A DNA stretch of 64,000 bases from an uncultured Methanolinea sp. (GTDB lineage Archaea; Halobacteriota; Methanomicrobia; Methanomicrobiales; Methanospirillaceae). Positions 9,401 to 17,615 of this stretch are shown here, in pieces. The stretch spans positions 489,914-553,913 of the forward strand of contig CAYVMJ010000001.1 of assembly GCA_964452625.1 (NCBI GenBank), read 5' to 3'. A model generated the notes under the pieces. The model did not search any database, was not told the origin of the DNA, and saw nothing but the letters and a program-made list of their open reading frames with translations. How positions within the stretch are numbered: position 1 is the stretch's first letter; the number at the start of each line of letters is the position of its first letter. The translations under genes and the position numbers were made by a program.

Positions 9401-11672
9401 TGTTTAAAGGTGTATATTTCAACCAACCCTTTCCAATGTCGATAATTGATTCTGGAGCAATTTTTTCAAATTCGTCCTTTCTTTGATTAATAAATTGAAG
9501 AATTGGAATCCAATACTGAAGAATAGGAATTCTATCGATAAGCGCTGCTTCATTTTCACTTATCCCAAGAATTTTACCAATTATTAGAATTCTTCTATTC
9601 GGGATAGTTGCGATAATCAGAAATCGCTTGAGAAAACGTTTTAGTAAATTTCCATCATCTTTTTCAAATTCTGGCCACAATTTTTCTAAAATTGATTGAG
9701 GATTTACTGAAAAAATTATTGATTCTAAAAGTAAATCGTGGATAGTTGTAAACTCATTGTTCTCCTTTTGTATGCTGAAAAAAACCTTTAAAAACTCTGT
9801 AGGATTTTGATTTTGTTCTAAAAGGTAAAGCCCCAATAATCTAATTCCCCTGTGCCAGAGGGGAGAATCACATTTTTTTTTGAAAAAAGTCGAATCCTCT
9901 GGAATATGGCTGATCAGATATTGTTGTCGGGACCAGTCACCAAAAAGGTCGTGAGAGAATTGAATCCGATTTTGATTAATAGTACAAATTCCGCGTTTTT
10001 TAAAGTCATCAAATATCGTTAAATCTGACGGTAAGATTTCAGAAACAGGTGTTGAGATTTGCCAAGTTTCAGCTTGTCTCTTGGCGAGATTCTGAAGAAA
10101 ACTTGATTTTGCAGCTCCCAGAGGTCGACTGGTTACTTCATTTAACCAAAACCATTCGATTAGATCCGATTCTCCAACCCATTTTGATGTGTCGGGAGTT
10201 TCGTGAGTGGCAAGAAGATCAATAATTTTTGGTCTCGAAAGAATTAATTTTAAATGAGGATGTTGTAATATTTTTTTTAGAGAAGGAAATTCTTTCGTAA
10301 TCTGATTGATTTCTTCATCATTAAACAATTTAAGGTCGAAGGTGTTCCAATTGATGCGATTAAGATCGTGTCTTAAAAACTGAAACAAAACTCTATTATT
10401 CCACTCTTCAGTTTGACATGTAAGTAACATCTTCCAAGGCGTTGATTCTTCTGTAATGTTACACGATTTAATGATTTGAAAAAGTTGATTGAAACCATGT
10501 TCTATTACTATTCTGTCGAGTCCATCGATGATAATCCAACATTCATTGTCGGAAATATTTGTAAATAATTCAGAAATAGAATGAGATAATTGCCAATTTC
10601 TTTCCAGTTGGGGTATACTTTGATCATTAAACCAACCAGCATCAAACCAAATGATTTTTTGATCATTCCTTTTTTGTTCAGCGATTTTTTTAGCAATGAC
10701 ACTTTTTCCACTACCTGAAATGCCAAGAATAAGAGTTACCTTACCGTTTATTGCCAAAACTTCAGATATCTGTTTTTCCCTTTTAAGGGATAATTTTCCA
10801 CCAATTTTGTCTGGGATTGCATCTATAAAATTATTTGATGCAGTTTCTAGATTTCTAAAGTCATGTTCATAAACTGGAAAATTTTTCAAATCATACTTTA
10901 GACGGAATCTATCTAATAAAACCTTTAAATCAATATAACCATTTGTTTCATCCTTTTCGCTTGATAGCTCAATTAAATCTATCCAAAGTTTTTCCGCCTC
11001 AATTTGCGATCCACTAGAAAGAATGTTCTGACAATTTGAGATTGCGCTAATTTCCTTTTCAGAAGGATTAAACTCGAAATCAAATGGGTATACTTTGATA
11101 TGTTTTAACAAATCACCAATTTGATCATCTGTAATACCATATTTTTCAGCAATTTCCGGAGGACATTTAAAGCTAGAAAAATATGATCTGACCCTTTCAG
11201 AGGTATAATTAGGTCTAAAAATTCGGGCATCTAAGTCCTTGGAATCTTGGGAAAAAGCAAGATTTAATAGTTCATTAAGGTCTAGTTCATTTTCATGTCC
11301 ATATGGTGCACATGCTAAACCCAATAAATCCTTATCTTTATCAAATTTTGATCCAGAAAATCCTGTAAAGTCTATCCATGCAGCCTCAACAAAATCTTTT
11401 GGGGCAGCATTTTTCGTGAATTGGAAATTGCTTTTTACTGAAAGAAATAAACGCTTGTTTTCTCCCATAAAATTAAATGTAATGCATAAATCATCTATCT
11501 GGAAATAATCCCCACGCATCTGAAAATCGATTCTCAATATTTCTCCGAGAGATCGATCAAAGATTTTATTCGCGAGAAGATAAGAAAGGAAATACGCCGC
11601 TACCTTATGCTCAAAGTGATATCCACTTCCAGATTTGCTCTTAAGTGGAGCATTGCCTTTAATATTTACCAT
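6438..11672 (-). CDS. Giant STAND/NACHT-like P-loop NTPase (1744 aa). It has an unknown N-terminal domain of about 300 aa and a long C-terminal alpha-helical repeat region. Candidate antiviral STAND (Avs-like) protein.
   Basis: Walker A is LILGISGSGKS at about residue 310. The Walker B / STAND signature CWIIIDGLDR lies about 75 aa downstream. More than 1100 aa of helical repeat-like sequence follow. The gene sits in an AT-rich island next to a nuclease and an integrase. Confidence 0.55.
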   Translation of the reverse strand: MVNIKGNAPLKSKSGSGYHFEHKVAAYFLSYLLANKIFDRSLGEILRIDFQMRGDYFQIDDLCITFNFMGENKRLFLSVKSNFQFTKNAAPKDFVEAAWIDFTGFSGSKFDKDKDLLGLACAPYGHENELDLNELLNLAFSQDSKDLDARIFRPNYTSERVRSYFSSFKCPPEIAEKYGITDDQIGDLLKHIKVYPFDFEFNPSEKEISAISNCQNILSSGSQIEAEKLWIDLIELSSEKDETNGYIDLKVLLDRFRLKYDLKNFPVYEHDFRNLETASNNFIDAIPDKIGGKLSLKREKQISEVLAINGKVTLILGISGSGKSVIAKKIAEQKRNDQKIIWFDAGWFNDQSIPQLERNWQLSHSISELFTNISDNECWIIIDGLDRIVIEHGFNQLFQIIKSCNITEESTPWKMLLTCQTEEWNNRVLFQFLRHDLNRINWNTFDLKLFNDEEINQITKEFPSLKKILQHPHLKLILSRPKIIDLLATHETPDTSKWVGESDLIEWFWLNEVTSRPLGAAKSSFLQNLAKRQAETWQISTPVSEILPSDLTIFDDFKKRGICTINQNRIQFSHDLFGDWSRQQYLISHIPEDSTFFKKKCDSPLWHRGIRLLGLYLLEQNQNPTEFLKVFFSIQKENNEFTTIHDLLLESIIFSVNPQSILEKLWPEFEKDDGNLLKRFLKRFLIIATIPNRRILIIGKILGISENEAALIDRIPILQYWIPILQFINQRKDEFEKIAPESIIDIGKGWLKYTPLNTTYRQEIADLSLTIAEKIKKDNSRRYYKNPDLAKKAYSCAIAAVNDDPERVTKLLLSLSGKGNIDPSEKITDQKILSKQGEYSKKVLPPWPDGPFKHVDDLFQKMCIQEDELLPIIICNPELAKDILFGLIIEEPRIVDSDYDDDFFERELGLKDYQGVIPALPYNGPFLDFLFNHPLEAIDLIIRIVNFATERHIERKIKIHKKYSKSDLDLFSDFDPVNEVELLLANSPKILKGDHEVYFWYRDSVVSCCPRILSSMLMALERFLYIKIDKKDSIDSFLQIIYEKTNSVALLGVLTSVGKYKLSLFEGPLKYQFSIPEIYRWEMLYDERSLSIFGLLVIGDRTRKQFSEWHSLQHRKIHFYNLAIGLFLNYPNIRSEIEKYRQKWEERLISTNQDSHDYFFLFRLIQQMNIENYTTKKNINGNDYWYFNEPEELKQLLQKGEEEFNKSQEGGYALNFLFFCSNALKKAEMLDSIKIEQIWDYIQTFSSLSNPKFGTNRPFRDADVLAGGIAVLIVLGKKWLEENPDKKQWCIDHIFDLIANPPTPGPFDVPQTANEMQWDSFCAWAAPYIWIDDVKSTRNREMIFHLATSYHYKTIEILINSCFSIRGLLKDDFYELIHLNVINSLSRTFCQLCIRDPKIRKTNLDFEIWLNQELHNFIHGKFSPKTPSIIEIIGRIGEFTPPGNFGGRKWNAPEFHNRLSLQSSFQWLSSLNTALDEKERECWINLVKNLNAYVIYSINDTSRPKNDTHLPDDFDRWYFQLAATFITEMRDYEHPEDIWQSLLDLEISKNDWIETFFSFWFIQMYNCMDNPKSFVHEWQKMIEYTLKTPLWNYYPSNNHSLEERWCELIGIERGVSTRWKIEFKEIVTDMKDFFEKWARVNLPHFHCQKNFISFLRYPACSGIRVSALNWIEQYGYSVQLEQFWKDSEQNSKLAELLNLCWENDRQSITNNFEIFSTFKRLLKGLTDCQISLAMELTEKIRTTL

Positions 11673-11819
11673 TGAAACCTACTCTTGTTCCGAAAATAAA
11701 AATAGTATCGCTTTTATTAAAACATAGGAAATGATGAAGGAAACTACAAAATTTAGTCCCTCTATAACCTGTTCTGAACCACTTATCTGATTTTAGGAAA
11801 ATAAAAAAAACGAAGAGTT

Positions 11820-12968
11820 CTATTTAAAAATTGAATTAAGTCCCAATTCCCTCTTCACCGCCTCCACAATTTCCCTGTAATCCGGACTTACCTTCGCTTC
11901 CTTCACTGATTCATCCACATCCATCGCGGCCTTCTTATTCAGGGCCATGGAACATTGGGAGCAATACTGCGAATAATGTGAATTTTTCATCCCGCACCGG
12001 GGACACTTTACCGGTTCGAGTGTCGTCTCTGGCTTCGCTTTCTCATCTGCAAGAATTCCTGCTTTTTCCAGGACCTTTCTCTCCACGTCAGCGCCGGAAA
12101 GATGAACATAGACCTCTGGCATTGCACTGTTCCGTTCCCACCCTGCGACCAGGCGGAGCTCCATCTCGTTCAGGCCCAGGCGCCCGCCAGTACTTCGGGC
12201 CAGGTCGGTGAGCCGGGCATGCCGGATAGCGTGGGGATGGACCGGCTTGGTGATGTGCAAGGCCTCGGCGATGTGGGTGAGCTTGTTCTCCACGGTCCGG
12301 AGGTCCAGGCGTCGCGTGGTCCCTGAGTACCTCCGGCTGGTCACGAAGAGCGGGGCGTTGTTGTCGCTTCGAAGCGGGTGCATGTTTATCCACATCTGGA
12401 GGTCCGGGACCGAACTGACCAGGCGCAGCCTTCGCATCCCGGTCTTTCCGTTCACGATGATCACGGCTCCATACTGGTCGAACTGCACGTGCCCGATGTT
12501 CAGCGAGAGGATTTCAGTTATCCGGGCCCCGGAGTCCCACAGGAGCATTAAGAGGGCCCGGTCGCGCGGCATCTCGCAGGCCTCGACCATGCGGGAGAGG
12601 TCCTCTCTGGTGATGAGCTGGTCTACGGGGAGCTGGCGGCGGGGCCGCTTGATGACGATATTTTCAAAAAGTTTCTTCTCTTTTTTCGGGAGGAGGAAGC
12701 GGTAGAACATCTTCAGCTCCAGGATATTGCCCTGGAGCGTAAACGGGCTCACGGTCTGGCGCCGATGGATTATGTAGTCCTCGATGGCGCTTTGCGTAAC
12801 GGTTTTGGCGTCCTGGAACTTATACCACTTCAGGAACGGGTATACACGCCACACCTTGGTCCTGACCGTATGAAGTCTGAGCTGGCGCAGTTCAAGGTGT
12901 CTGATATACCGTTCGAGATGGATCCTGTTCGCAGGATCGATCGTTGGCAGGGTGTCGAGATCGAACAT
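11820..12968 (-). CDS. Tyrosine recombinase/integrase (phage-integrase family) with a C-terminal Zn-ribbon
   Basis: The catalytic region carries R (LLWDSGARITEI), H-x-x-R (HPHAIRHARLTDL) and a downstream Y (EVYVHLSG). C-terminal CPRCG...CSQC is present. The gene abuts the tRNA fragment. Confidence 0.8.
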   Translation of the reverse strand: MFDLDTLPTIDPANRIHLERYIRHLELRQLRLHTVRTKVWRVYPFLKWYKFQDAKTVTQSAIEDYIIHRRQTVSPFTLQGNILELKMFYRFLLPKKEKKLFENIVIKRPRRQLPVDQLITREDLSRMVEACEMPRDRALLMLLWDSGARITEILSLNIGHVQFDQYGAVIIVNGKTGMRRLRLVSSVPDLQMWINMHPLRSDNNAPLFVTSRRYSGTTRRLDLRTVENKLTHIAEALHITKPVHPHAIRHARLTDLARSTGGRLGLNEMELRLVAGWERNSAMPEVYVHLSGADVERKVLEKAGILADEKAKPETTLEPVKCPRCGMKNSHYSQYCSQCSMALNKKAAMDVDESVKEAKVSPDYREIVEAVKRELGLNSIFK

Positions 12969-13044
12969 TGGTCATACCTCCACAGGACCCAGATTTAATC
13001 CAAACCTGTGTCCGGTGAATGTTAGATCCTTAAGATCCGGTCAC

Positions 13045-13079
13045 GAAGGTGTTCGTGGGTTCGAATCCCATCCCTCGCA
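13045..13079 (+). tRNA. tRNA 3' fragment (T-arm plus 3' acceptor strand). Probably the att site of the integrated element, not a complete tRNA.
   Basis: GTGGG-TTCGAAT-CCCAT forms a T-arm and is followed by CCCTCGC-A. There is no complementary 5' acceptor strand (GCGAGGG) or foldable anticodon arm in the preceding 75 nt. Confidence 0.4.
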
Positions 13080-13203
13080 TTCTGTTTGATGACTTGCTAA
13101 AAATTTCCTAAAAAAATAATTTACATTCCTTTTAGTGTAATACAAAATTTTATCTATTTTTTTGTATTACAATATATTATACTACAATAATTCATTGAGA
13201 ATT

Positions 13204-14466
13204 ATGACTCTTCGAGATGCTATCCTCTTGCAGAAAAGGGAACTTGAACTGCGGATGCAGGAAAAGTATGTCCCACGTGACGCGAATTTGCCAGGGGAAG
13301 AAAACAGACTCATAAAGGTGATTATAGGTCCAAGACGGGCAGGAAAATCATTTTTTGCCGTCCATTCTCTGATGGACAAAGGGCAATTTGGCTACGTGAA
13401 CTTCGACGATGAACAGATGACTGGGAGTCAGGTATTATCAGAAATCGGTCCGGCAATTGAATCAGTATATGGCACCGTATCCACCCTCCTTCTTGATGAG
13501 GTGCAGAATCTCTTTGAATGGGAATTATTTGTGAATCGATTATCCAGGCAGGGGTACAATCTCTACATTACCGGAAGCAACGCCCATTTGCTTAGTAAAG
13601 ATCTTGCAACGCACCTTACCGGTCGACACACATTAACAACCATACTGCCGTTTTCTTATCGAGAGTATATCCGGTTGAAAGGGGAGGAACTGACCGAGAG
13701 CGAATATCGGGAACATCTGGATCTTTATTCAGAAACCGGTGGTTATCCCGAGCCATTGGTCACGAATATCAACCGGAAAGAATATCTTTCAAGGCTTTTT
13801 GATGCAATTATATTCAAGGATATTATCAGGAGATATAACGTGAGAGCACCACAGGGGCTTGGGGATCTTGCGACCTACCTCTGTTCAAACAGTGCGTCAG
13901 AATATTCTGTTCATCGATTGACCAAAGTAACCGGTTGTAAAAGCGATCTGACGGTGAAAAAATATCTTCATTACCTGGAAGAAGCGTTCCTGTTTTTTTC
14001 TATACCACGTTTCTCTTTCAAAGTAAAAGAGCAGTTATCATCACACAAGAAAATCTATTGTATTGACAACGGTTTCATCACTGCAAAGGGATTCAGAGTA
14101 TCTGGTGATAAGGGGAAACTCTACGAGAATCTTGTTGCAATTGCATTAAAGTATCAGGAATTTTTGGATAACCTGAGGGTATTTTACTGGAAAAATTCTC
14201 AAGCGGAAGAAGTCGATTTTGTTATCCAACGTGAGCGGCAGGTGTCGGAACTAATTCAGGTATGTGTCGATGCACAGAGCCCTGCTGCACGGCAGCGAGA
14301 GATGAAAGCCCTGGTGAAGGCAGGACGCGATCTGAAATGTGACAGACTCCTTCTCCTTACCAGAGAAGAGGAAGGGGAAGAGGAAATTGAGTGGTTTGGC
14401 ATGAAAGGAGTTGTGCGAATCATGCCTCTCTGGAAATGGCTCTTGGATACTGCACATGGCACATAA
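13204..14466 (+). CDS. Archaeal AAA+ superfamily ATPase (COG1373 / DUF4143 family)
   Basis: Walker A is GPRRAGKS and Walker B is LLLDEVQ. The family architecture matches. A TATA-like ATATATTA lies about 25 nt upstream of the chosen ATG, which is internal to the 13162 ORF. Confidence 0.75.
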   Translation: MTLRDAILLQKRELELRMQEKYVPRDANLPGEENRLIKVIIGPRRAGKSFFAVHSLMDKGQFGYVNFDDEQMTGSQVLSEIGPAIESVYGTVSTLLLDEVQNLFEWELFVNRLSRQGYNLYITGSNAHLLSKDLATHLTGRHTLTTILPFSYREYIRLKGEELTESEYREHLDLYSETGGYPEPLVTNINRKEYLSRLFDAIIFKDIIRRYNVRAPQGLGDLATYLCSNSASEYSVHRLTKVTGCKSDLTVKKYLHYLEEAFLFFSIPRFSFKVKEQLSSHKKIYCIDNGFITAKGFRVSGDKGKLYENLVAIALKYQEFLDNLRVFYWKNSQAEEVDFVIQRERQVSELIQVCVDAQSPAARQREMKALVKAGRDLKCDRLLLLTREEEGEEEIEWFGMKGVVRIMPLWKWLLDTAHGT

Positions 14467-15069
14467 TGAATGCTGGTTCAGAACGCAGAAATATAAAAAA
14501 TGATTGATGATACCCAGATGAGAGTATTTCTCATCACGCTCAAGGAGGGGCCATGCCCCCCCGGCCGTGTAGGATCCCACCCCAGACCTGTTCTATGATC
14601 CATATGCCGACCCGGAATGGTCACCTCCATTTCACTTCATTCCGCTCCTCCTCCATTTCGCTCCGCTTATATCACAAGCCTGCTTCTTTCAAGGTTGACT
14701 GTTGACGATGACGCTCCCGGTTTCGTCGTTTCACTCCTTCCCGGCAGTTGCTCCCCCCGTTCCTCGCAGACCACTAAGACGGACTGCTCGTTGCTGTAGC
14801 ACGAGACACTATGATGCTCCTCAAAATACACCAGAAAAGGGTCATGGCCCGAAGGGTCCCCCTCATGTTCCCTGCTTCTCCCTTTGAAAGAGAGGGAACC
14901 CGGAACTACGGGATGTTTGCCGCCGGATACAACACCACTCATCCTTGGCCCATGCAATTCCCTGCCTGCTGGTATGAGAAAAGGAACCCGTGGGTCCGCA
15001 GGTCCAGCGATGATATGGACCGGCACAGGAGGCGCGGGGCGACGAAAAGAAAAGGGGGGAGATCCGGAC

Positions 15070-15540
15070 TTAGCCGGTGACGACGAACTGCATGGTATAT
15101 GTAACATCGTCAGGAGACGGACCCTCCCACGGGCGGTGGTAGACCGCGGTGAAGGTCTGGTCGCCGGGCGCGACCGCCTCGACCGTCCACGCATGCATGC
15201 CGCCTGCTCCCGGCATCGGGTCAGCGGGGGGGATGTAGGTGTCGTTCACAATCGACAGCCCTGGCGTGACCGTCGCATTCCAGAGGTACCCGGTGGTCGG
15301 GTTCTCTATCAGTTCGATGTAGGTCGTCGTGTGCATCGCCATCGTCATCGGACCGTTTTCATCTGTCCTTTTCTGGATTATGGCTATCTTCTCGGCAAAT
15401 GAGAGAGGCTGTTCCGTGGTCCCGGTGACGGCTGCGGTCGGCTCCGTGGTCGCCGGCTCTGCCGGGGGGGTACTGGTGCAGCCGCAGAGCAGCAGCACCG
15501 CGACGACCAGCATGCAGAGGAGGAGTATGCTCTTCTTCAT
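15070..15540 (-). CDS. Chagasin-family (I42) cysteine-peptidase inhibitor, lipoprotein-like
   Basis: The NPTTGYLW motif is diagnostic of chagasin/I42. An N-terminal signal sequence with LLLCGC lipobox-like Cys is present. Confidence 0.75.
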   Translation of the reverse strand: MKKSILLLCMLVVAVLLLCGCTSTPPAEPATTEPTAAVTGTTEQPLSFAEKIAIIQKRTDENGPMTMAMHTTTYIELIENPTTGYLWNATVTPGLSIVNDTYIPPADPMPGAGGMHAWTVEAVAPGDQTFTAVYHRPWEGPSPDDVTYTMQFVVTG

Positions 15541-15709
15541 AAGAGAAAGCTAAAGCCGTAGACTCCATTAAACATGCTGATTTTTCTCTCATTGATTGAC
15601 AGGGGCCCGGAACGCGTTATTGCGCGGAGAATACGCGATCCGTGATTCTCCTGATGGCTCCTTCTGTCTTCTGCCACCGCCGGGAGGCATCCAATTCAGG
15701 GGCAGGCTT

Positions 15710-16384
15710 TTATCTCCAGAAAGGCGGGGCAGAGAGGAACCGTTCTGCAACCATCCTGCACACCATCTCGCTTTCGGGGAGGAAAAGGCTACTCCGGGCA
15801 AGAATATGCGACTGTTCCCGGGCCGGGCGGTCAGAAATCCAGTCCCGGATCATTTCAATGGTCAGCTCGCAATGGAACTGGAAGCCGAGTGCACTTCCCC
15901 TGCACAGTGCCTGGTTGGGCACCCCCTCTCCCCGGCAGACCAGTTCTGCTCCCGGGGGGATATCAAAGGTCTCACCGTGCATCTGAAAGACCTGGAACTG
16001 CCCGGGCAGTCCGGGGACAAGGTCTTTCTGAACCATGGAAACCGGTGACCATCCCAGTTCCTCGCCGCAGGGGTAGACCGCGGCACCGAATGCGGACGCA
16101 ATCATCTGGGCGCCGAGGCATATCCCGAGAACCGGTTGTCCCTTCGCCACCCTTTCCCGTATGATCCGCTTCTCTGTTTTCAGCCAGGGGAACTCATTTT
16201 CATCGTTCACGCTCATCGGGCCGCCCAGGATGAGAAGGTGTGTTGAGGTAATGGGCGGGACTTCGTGTGTTTCATACATGGGGACATACAGGAGCTCCAT
16301 GCCCTTCTCCCTGATATACTCCTCAAAAAGTCCGGAGGGCTCGTTTTTGACGTGCTGGAGGATAGCCACTTCCCGTTGTTGCAT
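15710..16384 (-). CDS. Class I glutamine amidotransferase-like protein
   Basis: GICLGAQ nucleophile elbow and a downstream His region (FQFHCE). Confidence 0.7.
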   Translation of the reverse strand: MQQREVAILQHVKNEPSGLFEEYIREKGMELLYVPMYETHEVPPITSTHLLILGGPMSVNDENEFPWLKTEKRIIRERVAKGQPVLGICLGAQMIASAFGAAVYPCGEELGWSPVSMVQKDLVPGLPGQFQVFQMHGETFDIPPGAELVCRGEGVPNQALCRGSALGFQFHCELTIEMIRDWISDRPAREQSHILARSSLFLPESEMVCRMVAERFLSAPPFWR

Positions 16385-16742
16385 TCCGGGGAGATTGGGA
16401 GTCCTTTCCCGATAATCATGGTGGTTCTTTTTTCACGATTGCTGTCAGGTTTCGGGCTCCCGGCCGTATGAAGTGTCAGGTCTCACAGGGAGTCTTATCC
16501 AGGCTGCCGGAATTGTGATATCGTCCGGTCCCACACCCTTTCATGACGCTGCAGCAGGTTTCTCTCGTTGGGATTTTCGTAAAACACCTCCCGTTTGCCG
16601 GAGCGGGTGACGGGAGGGCGGATATGATAACATGGAGAGACACACGTGTATATGAGGAAATGAAAGGACATCGCTGCTACCGGTGTCTTCTTGTTACAAT
16701 CAGAAAAAAGGCACTGCCTGGTGGTATGGGAGCTAGCCAGAT

Positions 16743-17378
16743 ATGAATCGTGAAGAAATTGCCAGAAAATGTTCGGAACTTGGTGCAATGAAGACCCGGG
16801 GAGAGCTTGGGCGAGCAATTGCAGGGATTGTGCTCTCGTACTCCCCAAAGGACCTCCAGCGACTGCGATGGAATTTTTCTGAAAATATCCGGGACATCAA
16901 CCCGCAACTGCGAAAAAAACTGGAAGAGACGATCACCGGTCACCTGCAAGGGACCTACCAGGCACTCCGGCTGATGAACCAGCAGGGTAGTTTCAACCGC
17001 ATGGCCGACCCAACTGCACATGAAACGGGTGCATACTGGAATATGGTGGCAGGCCGGTGTTCGGCGGGCGATGTGGAAAAGGTCAGGTTACGGTTCCTGA
17101 AATACCTTCTCTCCGGATTCTGCATGTTCGTGCAGCAACTCCCCGGCCACCCGGTCGGCATGCCGTTTCCCGGCGGAGACAGCGTCCAGGTCATCGACGG
17201 CGTCTTTTACTGCCCTGTCAGGGAGAAGGCAAACGATGTCGATTCCGCCCTCTGCCCTTTCTGCCCGGCCCTCCAGACGCCGGAGACAGGATACCTGAAA
17301 CCACCGGTAAAAGCGGGCAGGCGCCAGAAAGAGGAGTTCCTCCGCCAGACCTTTGACCGGCACCACTATAACGGGTGA
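16743..17378 (+). CDS. Conserved hypothetical protein with a Cys cluster
   Basis: 211-aa ORF with a CPVRE...CPFCP cysteine motif. The family was not recognised. Confidence 0.5.
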   Translation: MNREEIARKCSELGAMKTRGELGRAIAGIVLSYSPKDLQRLRWNFSENIRDINPQLRKKLEETITGHLQGTYQALRLMNQQGSFNRMADPTAHETGAYWNMVAGRCSAGDVEKVRLRFLKYLLSGFCMFVQQLPGHPVGMPFPGGDSVQVIDGVFYCPVREKANDVDSALCPFCPALQTPETGYLKPPVKAGRRQKEEFLRQTFDRHHYNG

Positions 17379-17615
17379 ATGCTGTATACGGGAATAACGG
17401 TTTTTTACAGATGCGATAAAGCCCGGTTCATTCACCATTGTAAAGGGATTGCCAGTTCGCGCCGAAAATAAAAGTGGAGACCTGGACCGCGAACGACAAT
17501 CGGGATTTCTCTCTCGCCGACAGTGAAGGGTCCCATGTGCGTGACACTATTAATAAAGAAATTCGTGAGCATCAGGGCATTCTTTTCCAATCCGGACGAC
17601 GCCGGGTATCCCGTG

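Larger units (their letters stand above)
1..13079. mobile_element. Integrated element (left end outside window). Contents: tyrosine integrase, PrimPol-helicase replication protein, AT-rich cargo with STAND NTPase and PD-(D/E)xK nuclease. Bounded on the right by a tRNA 3' fragment (att site).
   Basis: Integrase at 11820-12968 lies next to a tRNA T-arm/acceptor fragment at about 13045-13079. The replication protein has PrimPol motifs and a Walker A/B helicase. GC content alternates strongly, with AT-rich blocks at 36-1020 and 4850-11800. Nearly all genes are on the minus strand. Confidence 0.55.

Noticed and set aside
12981-13079. A complete tRNA gene next to the integrase
   Set aside because: A T-arm and 3' acceptor strand are clear. 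The preceding 75 nt contain no complementary 5' acceptor strand and no foldable anticodon or D arms. I therefore called it a tRNA 3' fragment (att) rather than a functional tRNA.
14580-15069. Several overlapping ORFs of 60-175 aa on both strands between the COG1373 ATPase and the chagasin gene
   Set aside because: They mutually overlap in a GC-rich spacer with no motifs, RBS or promoter context. No single gene can be supported.
16495-16848. 117-aa minus-strand ORF in the intergenic region between the GATase gene and the 211-aa hypothetical
   Set aside because: No motifs or start context. It is probably a spurious ORF in a promoter region.
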